From the human T2T-CHM13v2.0 reference genome, Homo sapiens: 64,000 nucleotides of DNA. The translations under genes and the position numbers were made by a program. The notes under the pieces are model-generated. The model was given only the letters and a program-made list of their open reading frames with translations, did not search any database and had not been told where the DNA came from. Positions within the stretch are counted from its first letter, which is position 1. Each line of letters begins with the position of its first letter. Positions 39,928 through 64,000 of this stretch are shown here, one piece after another. The stretch lies in NCBI RefSeq assembly GCF_009914755.1, contig NC_060947.1; one strand, 5' to 3'.

Positions 39928-40475
39928 TTAAGATTGTTGGTCAGTGACATATCCCAATGCAACCAGAATTGGTATGGGTACCATCTCACTTAATTCCACA
40001 TTCAATGTTGATGCCTCGGTAGGGTGGTATGCCAGATCTGGTACTGCTTTCTTTGCTGCCTAGTTTAATTTCAGCAAACCATTTCTTTACCTCTCCCATC
40101 CCTGTATTCATCTCCCCACACCATCTTTCCCCACAGTGTTTTCTCCCCTCCCTATGTTTTTACATTTATTCTCCCAGCAGCTGTCTACAAGCTTATATGG
40201 GATCCCACAAAACGATGGGAAACAGCTGTGCCCCCAGGAAAACCAAGTACCCCTGAGAAGATTAACAAGACATCTGGTAAGAGCAAACAGTTTGGGAACA
40301 ACCCCTCTGGCTTCCCTGGCTATGTTCAGGTGTGTGGACTGGGTGTGTGGCATGGACCCCAGACAAGCCTGGGTCCAGCCTGGGCTGAGGAGCTTGCTCA
40401 GCTCCAGATGAGATGTTAGACTTGACTTCCAGAGACACAGGGTGGAGTTGTCATCCATATAAAAAACCACGTGAC

Positions 40476-46331
<5,856 letters not shown>

Positions 46332-46532
46332 CATGTGACTTGGGGCAAGTCTCCCAAATTTCCTCAGCTGCAGATTCCTAGTCCATAAGATGGAAATAAA
46401 GAATCATAGTTCATAAATTGTTTGGAAGCATTAAATTTAATCTAGAAGGCCTGATGACATGAAAGGTGCTCAAGCAATTCTATCTGTGATAACCTGGGAT
46501 CATATCTTACTCAGCTCAATGCCTGATACCCA

Positions 46533-48223
46533 ATACACGTGTACTTCAGAGATATTGCAGGTTCAGTTCCAGACCACTGCAATAAAGTGAGTCACACACA
46601 TTGTTTTTTGTTTGACAGTGCATAAAACATTATGTTTACGCTACAGTGTAGTCTACTAAGTGTGCAATAGTGTTATGTCTAAAAATATATATACCTTAAT
46701 TTTAAAATAATTCATTGTCAATAATGCTAACAATCTTCTGAGCCTTCAGTGAGTCACACTCTTTTTGCTGGTGGAGGATCTTGCCTTGGTGTTGATGGCT
46801 GCTGGCTTATCAAGGTGGTGGTTGCTGAAGGGTGGAGTGGCTGTGGCAGTTTCATAAAAGAAGACAACAATGAAATTTGCCACATCAATTAGCTCTCCCT
46901 TTCATGAAGGATTTCTCTGTAGTATGTGATGCTATTGGATAGCATTTTACCCACAGTAGAACTTCTTTCAAAGTTGGAGTCAATCCTCTCTAGCTATGAA
47001 AGTCCTAGATGGCATCTCCTTCCAATAGAAGGTTATTTTATCTACATTGAAAATCTGTTGTTTCGTGTAGCCACCTTCATCAGTGACCTTAGCTAGATCT
47101 TCTGGATAACTTGCTGCAGCTTCTCCATCAGGGTTTGCTGCTTCGCCTTGCATTTTTATGTTATAGAGACGGCTTCTTTCCTTAAACCTCACGAACCAAC
47201 CTCTACTAGCTTCACACGTTTCTTCTGCAGCTTCTTCAACTCTCTCAGCTTTCATGGACTTGAAGAGAGTTCTGGTCTTGCTCTGAATTAGACTTTGGCT
47301 TAAGGGAATGTTGTGGCTGGTGTCATGTTTTATCCTGACCACTCAAACTTTCTCTATTTGAGCAGTAAGGCAGTTTTGCTTTCTTATTCGTGTGTTCACT
47401 GGAGTATTAGTATTATTATTTCCTTCAAGAACTTTTCCTTTACATTATATACTATTATTTCCTTCAAGAACTTTTCCTTTGCATTCACAGCTTGGCTGTT
47501 TGGTGCAAGCGGCCTAGCTTTCATCCTGTCTTGGCTTTCAGCATGCTTCCTCACTAAGCTTAGCCATTTCTAGCTTCTGATTTAAAGTGAGAGACATGTG
47601 ACTCCTCCTTTCATTTGAACACTTAGCGGCCATTGTAGGGTTCTTAATCGTCCTAATTTCAGTGTTGCTGTGTCTCAGGAAATAGGGAGGCCCAAGAAAA
47701 GGAGGAGAGATGGGGAAGAGCTCATCGGTGGAGCAGTCAGAACACACACAACATTAATCGATTAAGTTTGTCATCTTCTATGGGTGCAGTTCATGGTACC
47801 CCCAAAACAATTACACATAACAGGGTGATTATAGTCAATAATAACTTAATTGTGTGTTTAAAAAGAACTGATAGAATGTAATTGGATTGTTTGTAACACA
47901 AGGATAAATGGCTGAGGGGATGGATACCCTATTTTCCACGATGTGATTACTACGCATTTGCATGCCTGTATCAAAACATCTCACGTACCCCATAAGAATA
48001 TACACCTACTGCGTACCCACAAAATAAAGAACAAAAATTATTTTAAAAGACTAAAAAACAACAAAAACAATTGCAGTAATAATGTCAAAGCTCACTGATC
48101 ACAGATCACCATAACAGACATAATAATAATGGAAAAGTATAAAATTGGTGAGAATTTCCAAAAAAAATTGCAGCATCTGTGAAGCACTGTAAAAATGAGG
48201 AGCAATAAAACAAAGTGTGCCTG
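46533..48223 (-). mobile_element. Tigger1 copy within the SSX pseudogene intron 6
   Basis: Paralog of 10829-12518; ORF 46980-47342. Confidence 0.88.
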
Positions 48224-51152
48224 TGTGCCCTTAACAAATGCTTGCTGAATGAAAGGAGGTATCGGTGAATGTTCCCGTAAGTGAAGAGGTTGGGAATCTA
48301 AACCTCACAATGGAAGGAGCCAGAAGCTAAAATTTTAGTTTGCATTTGGCCTGTATTGGTGTGGATCTAAGGTCTCAGCCTCTCTAAGCCAGAGAATGTG
48401 AAAAACTGGATAAAGAAGGCCCATGGGCACTTGGGAGGGGGTAGGCATCTCCTTTTTTGGAGAAAACAGAGCCTAACACTCTCCAACCTACCCAACCCTC
48501 ATCTTCCAACTATTCATCATAGGACCCAAAAGGCGGAAACATGACTGGACCCACAGACTGCGTGAGAGAAAGCAGCTGGTGATTTATGAAGAGATCAGCG
48601 ACCCTGAGGAAGATGACGAGTAACTCCATAAGTGAATCTTCGGCTCACCCCTCACATCCCTGCAGATGTGCTATTCTGTTATGATACTGGTATCCCATCT
48701 TCTCACTTGTTCCCCAAACCATTCCCTTCTCATAATTTTCTAGGGTACAGCATTGAGGCTGAATGATGAGATTTCCCATGCTCTTTCGTATTTTTTTTTT
48801 TTTTGAGATGGAGTCTCTCTTTGTCACCCAGGTGCGATCTCGGCTCACTGCAAGCTCCACCTCCTGGGTTCACGCCATTCTGCCTCAGCCTCCCCAGTAG
48901 CTGGGACTACAGGGGCCTGCCACTACGCCCAGCTAATTTTTTTGTATTTTTAGTAGAGACGGGGTTTCCCCATGTTAGCCAGGATGGTCTCGATCTCCTG
49001 ACCTCGTGATCGGCCCACCTCGGCCACCCAAAGTGCTGGGATTACAGGCATGAGCCACTGCGCCCGGCCGATTTCGCATTCTCTTTTTACTCCCTGGCCT
49101 GTAGGTCCAGGGATGCTCCCTACCCAGGATGCTGTGGGCTCCCAAACCCCAGGTCAGCCCTGATATGCAGGCCGCACCTTCCTCTAGCCTAGGAATTGAT
49201 AGCCTAGGCGAGGAAGTCACTGTGGCATGAACAGATGGTTCACTTCGAGGAACCGTGGAAGGTGTGTGCAGGTCCTGAGATAGGGCAGAATCGGAGTGGG
49301 CAGGGTCTGCAGGTCAGGAGGAGTTGAGATTGAGTTGTCACGTGGTGGGAACTCACTGCCACTTACTTTCCTTCCCTCTTCTTGCCTCAGCCTCAGGGAA
49401 TATGACACATGCCCATGATGAGAAGCAGAACGTGGTGACCTTTCACGAACATGGGCATGGCTGCGGACCCCTCGTCATCAGGTGCATAGCAAGTGAAAGC
49501 AAGTGTTCACAACAGTGAAAAGTTGAGCATCATTTTTCTTAGTGTGCCAAGAGTTCGATATTGGCGTTTCCGTTGTATTTTCTTGCAGTGTGCCATTCTG
49601 TTAGACATTAGCGTTTTCTTTTGATGAGCAAGACATGCTTAATGCATATTTCGGCTTGTGTATCCATGCACCTACCTCAGAAAACAAGTATTGTCAGGTA
49701 TTCTCTCCATAGAACAGCACTACCCTCCTCTCTCCCCAGATGTGACTACTGAGATCAGGTCTGAGTGTTTAATTTCTGATTTTTTCCTCTGCATTTACAC
49801 ACACACCTCACATGCACACACACACACCGAGTACCAGTATAAGTATCTCCCATCTGCTTTTCTCCATTGCCACGTGTCCTGGTCAAGCCCCCCTCACTCT
49901 GTTTCCTGTTCAGCATGTACTCCCCTCATCCAATTCCCCTGTATCAGTCACTGCCAGTTAATAAACCTTTGCAAACGTTCCCCAGTTGTTTGCTCCTCTC
50001 ATTATTGTCCACACAGCTCTGTGCACGTGTGTGAATATTTCTTTAGGAAAGATTCTTAGAAGTGGAATTGATGTGTCAAAGGAGTCATTTATTCAACAAA
50101 ACCCTAATGAGTGTGTCCTCGTGCTGAGCGCTATTCTAGGTGCTGGAGAGACATCAGGGAACAAGGCAGACAGATGTTCCTGACCACCATTCTAGAGGAG
50201 GATGTTTCCAGTTGCTGGGTGTTTGTTTGTTTCTTCTAGAGATTGGGTCGTGCTCTGTCCAGGCTGGAGTGCAGTGGCATGATCATAGCTCAATGCAGCC
50301 TTGAACTCCTGGGCTCAAGCGATCCTCCCTCTTCAGCCTCCGGAGTAGCTGTGACTACAGGCATGCACCATCACACCCCACTAACTTTTTTAGGTTTGTC
50401 AAGAAAGTCTCGCTATGTTACCCAGGCTGGTCTCAAACTCCTGGGCTCAAGCGATCCTCCCGCCTTGGCCTCCTAAAATGCAGGGATTACAGGGGTGAGC
50501 TGCTGTGCCTGGCCTCCAGTTTTTATTTTGATAGAGACTATACACTTCAGTCCTGGAGCAGGATTCTGCAGCATGTGGTTGGGCATCTTGGCCTTCGCTC
50601 TCTGAACCATTTTTGGGTTCAAGGTCTGGGATGGTCCATTTGGGAGTATGTGGGAGGAGACACAGATGAAATCGTCATCTGGGTAACGTGGAGGAATCAG
50701 GCAGATGTGTGCACTGTAGACTCTGTGATGGCCAGGGAATAGAAGAGTCCACTTAGTCTCCATGCAGGGGAGCAACGGTGGGAAAGTCCCCTGGACAGAA
50801 GCATGAGACTGCCCATCAAGGGTCTCACCAACCAAGGGCCTGGGGGCTGGGGTGGGGACAGTGATTTGGGAATGGGACAGTTCTTTCTCATAGGTACCAT
50901 TGCACGGTGCAGAGGGGAACATTTCTGGGGAAGGGAAAGGCAGAGGGGAGTCTATTTTAAAATCATTGTGTGTGAATGGAGACCATTAAGACTCACACCT
51001 ATAATCCCAGCACTTTGGGAGGCCAAGACTAGCAGATCACTTGAGGTCAGGAGTTCAAGACCAGTCTGGCCAACATGGAGAAACCACGTCTCCACTAAAA
51101 ATATAAAAATTAGCCGGGTGTGGTGGCTCACGCCTGAAATTCCAGGTACTCA

Positions 51153-51257
<105 letters not shown>

Positions 51258-51871
51258 TCAAAAATATATATACATATGCATATATATATATAGCTAAGAC
51301 ACTTTTTGAAAAAGAAGAATAAGGTGGGAGGAATGGCTCTACCATATTTCAATACTTCTTATATAGCTACAGGAATCAAGACTGTGTCGTATGGGGCGAA
51401 GAATAGACACACAGATCACTGGAACAAAATAGAGAACCTAGAAATAGCCCCACACTGACTTTTTACAAAGCGACAAAAAGAAGGAAGGATTGTCTGCTCA
51501 ACAAATGGTGCTGGAGAAGTTGCAGAGCCATAAGCTAATAAAAAAAAGACCTAATCTTCATACCTTTATACAAAAAAAAAAAAACTCAAGTGGATCATAG
51601 ATTTAAATCTAAAATATAAAACTAAAACAGAAACTTTTACAAGAAAACATAGGAGAAACATCTGAGATCTAGGGCATAGTAAACAGTTCAAAAAGCATAA
51701 TCCATAAGGAAAAAAAATTAGATTTCATCCAATTTAAAACTTTTGCCCTGCAAGAAACCCTGTTAAAAGGATGAAAAAACAGGGTATGGAATGGGAGAGA
51801 ATGTTTGCAAACCACATATCCAAGAAAGGACTCACATCCAGAATGTATAATGGATATGTATAGTACTCTCA

Positions 51872-52282
<411 letters not shown>

Positions 52283-52950
52283 TCATGAAAAGATGTTCAA
52301 CACTAATTTGCTTCACTAGATGCAAATTAAGACCATGATGAGGTATCACTACACACTTATTACAACAGCTAAAATAAAAGACATAGTGACAACACGAAAT
52401 GGTGACAAAGATGCAGAGAAATTGGACACCTTGTAAAATGCTGCTGGGAAGGTAAAATCTTACAGCCACTATGGAAAACTGTTTGATAGTGTCTTATAAA
52501 ACTAAACATGCAATGAGCACACAATTCAACAATTACACTTCAGAGAAATTAAAATTTATGCCCATCCAGAAACTTATACATAATTGTTCATAGCAGCTTT
52601 ACTTGTAATCGCCAGAAGCTCGAAATAATCAATATGTCCAACAATAAGTGAATGGTCAAACTGTGGTACATCCATACCACGAATTACTACTCACCAATAA
52701 AAATGAACTATTGATACATAAATATTAATGCCTTGAATGAATCTCCAGGGAATTATGCTGAGTGAAATAAGCCCCTAAAATGTTATATACTATAAGATTT
52801 CATTTGCACAGCATTGTAGAAAAGACAAAATTGTAGAAATGAAAAACAGATTTGTGGTTGCCAGGGATTAGGGATGGTGGATGGGAGGACAGTATTACCA
52901 AAAATGAGTAGCACAAGGGATAGCATTGTGGTGATGAAAATGGTTTGTAA

Positions 52951-53178
<228 letters not shown>

Positions 53179-53255
53179 TGATCTGCCTGCCTCAGCCTCC
53201 CAACGTGCTGGGATTACAGAGATGAACCACTGCACCCAGCCATGTTCTGTATCTT

Positions 53256-56040
<2,785 letters not shown>

Positions 56041-56059
56041 CAGCCATGTTCTGTATCTT

Positions 56060-60500
<4,441 letters not shown>

Positions 60501-60821
60501 TCTTCTGCTGATGCTAGGAGTAGGGACATTGCCCTCATCTCTTTTTGGGGTTCTTTCTGTTAAATATGAAGACTTGCTTTTTTTTCTTTTTGAGACAAGG
60601 TCTCACTCTGTTGCCCAGGCTGGAGTGAGTGGTGCAATCACAGCTCACTGCAGCCCTGAACTCCTAGGTTCAAACAACTCTCCCACCTCAGCCTCCCTGA
60701 GTAGCTGGGACTGCAGGTGCAAACCACCATGCCCGACTAATTAAAAAAAAAAAATTGGGGCTGGGCGCGGTGGCTCACACCTGTAATCTCAGCACTTTGG
60801 GAGGCCAAGGCAGGCGGATCA

Positions 60822-61130
<309 letters not shown>

Positions 61131-61397
61131 TCAAATTCCTGGCCTCAAGTCATCCTCCTTAGCCTCCCAAAGTGCCCAGATTATAGGCATGAGTCAAGAC
61201 TTGCAGTTTTAAGGCCAGGTGCTGGAATTTCAGGTTACCATTATTATCAAAAAGAATGGTTTGTTGAGCTTAAGTTTAGTGGCAGTAAAGGGAGTGGACA
61301 AAGCTATATAAGAGCAATGTTTTGTATAGTATTGAAATTAAGTTGGTATCAATCTGAACTAGATTGCTAAAAATTAAGATGTTATTTTTAATCCCTA

Positions 61398-61720
61398 GTA
61401 TGGTCTGAATGTGTCCCCTCCAAAACTCAGGTGTTGTCAATGTGACAGTATTAAGAGATAGGGTCTTTAAGAAGTGACTAGGCCATGAGGGGTTCTCCCT
61501 AATGAGATTAGGTGTCCTTATAAATGAGATGGAGGGAGTTGCTTCTCTCATGTCCTTCTGCCTTCTGCCATATGAGAATGCAGCAAAAAGCGCTGACCAG
61601 ATGCTGGTGCCTTGATCTTGGACTTTCCAGCCTCCAGAACTGTGAGAAAATAAATGTCTGTTCTATACAAATTACCCAGTCTGAGGTATTCTATCATAGC
61701 GGCACCAAAAGACTACTAAA
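61398..61720 (+). mobile_element. MaLR (MST-like) solo LTR
   Basis: TATGGTCTGAATGTGTCCCCTCCAAAACTCA start; CTTGGACTTTCCAGCCTCCAGAACTGTGAGAAAATAAATG. Confidence 0.75.
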
Positions 61721-62268
61721 ATCCCCTAAGTAGGACTTGCATCCCAAGGAAGTGTAAGACTTCTGCACTGAAAACTACAAAACATTGCTGAAGGAAATTA
61801 AAGACCTAAATAAATGGAAAGATAGCCCATTTTTCATGGATCGGAAGATTTAATGAAGTACTGATACATGCTGTGGCATGCATAAACCTTGAAAATATGC
61901 TAAGTGAAAGAAGCCAGACACAAAAGACCACAGTGTATGATTCCACTTATATGAATGCCAAGAATAGGCAAATCCGTAGGGACAGAAAGTAGATTCATGG
62001 TTCCCAAAGGCTGGGCGGAGTGGGGAGTTACTATTAATGGATATGAGGTTTCTGGTGGGGGGGGGTTGTTGTTGTTGTTGTTTGTTTTGTTTTTTTGTTT
62101 TTTTTTTTTGTTTTTGAAACAAGGTCTCACTCTGTTGCCCAGGCTGGAGTGCAATGGTCCAATCCAGCTCACTGCAGCCTTGAACTCCTTAGTTCAAGCA
62201 ATTCTCCCACCCCAGCCTCCCTGAGTAGCTGAGACTGCAGGTGCACACCACCATGCCCAGCTAATTAA

Positions 62269-62409
<141 letters not shown>

Positions 62410-62660
62410 TGAAGGCCAGGTGCTGGAATTTCAGGCTACCGTTATTCTCAAAAAGAATGGCTTGTTGAGCTTAAGTTTAGTGGCAGTAAGGGATAAAGAA
62501 CAGTGAAACAAGGAGCATATAGTATTAATCAACTACAGACAACTGCCCTATTTGTAAATAGAAGCAGGGAAATAATATATATGTGTAGTAGCTTATAAAT
62601 GCGTAAAAATTATCTGGGAGGATAAGCAAATGTCTCTCAAACATCTAAAAGCTTCCTTCA

Positions 62661-63590
<930 letters not shown>

Positions 63591-63620
63591 AGTTAAAAAT
63601 TAAAAATTAAAGAATTAGAA

Positions 63621-63622
<2 letters not shown>

Positions 63623-63656
<34 letters not shown>
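63623..63656. repeat. (CA)n microsatellite
   Basis: Direct reading. Confidence 0.95.
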
Positions 63657-63658
<2 letters not shown>

Positions 63659-64000
63659 ATGTGAAGTGTAATGGCAATACCATTTTTTCTATGAGGTTGA
63701 CAAAAATCTGTTGCATTGCTCAGGCTGTTGACAAGGCTGTGGTGAAAATGGCACTCACATACTCATGCTAGCTTCTCCTTGCTCTTGCTTGGACCAGCCA
63801 TGCTCGTTCCTACCTCGGGGCCCTTGCACCTGTTGCTCCCTCTGCCTGGAACACCCTTTGCCAAAATAACCATGAGGCTTGCTCCTTTCAGCCAACCTAG
63901 GACCAAATTCATTGCCCCCTCCTTAGTGAAGTCTCGCTGAATGCCTCCTCACCCACCACCTCCCCACACCACTCTCACATCGCTCATTTTCTTCATTGCA

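Overview
Primate (almost certainly human) Xp11.23 SSX/OAT-like segmental-duplication region. The window opens inside a near-perfect tail-to-tail palindrome (arms 1-3277 and 6092-9368, mirror sum 9369, ~2.8 kb spacer). The left arm carries the 3' UTR end of one SSX4 copy. The right arm continues into a complete 8-exon minus-strand SSX4-type gene (SSX4B; 188 aa, KRAB-related N-terminus plus SSXRD). Beyond it lie three copies of one processed ornithine aminotransferase (OAT) pseudogene: a rearranged + copy head-to-head with the SSX promoter, a 3' fragment on -, and a full-length - copy. Also present are a 5'-truncated SSX pseudogene interrupted by a full-length dead L1PA, ERV/LTR relics, Tigger1 and dense Alus. 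No new protein-coding system can be supported. The most notable unexplained structures are a tandem array of internally deleted Alu monomers, a possible relic spliced unit convergent on SSX, a TE-derived cassette exon whose donor is dead in SSX4B, and several reconstructable rearrangement junctions. Repeat subfamily calls are by eye and approximate.
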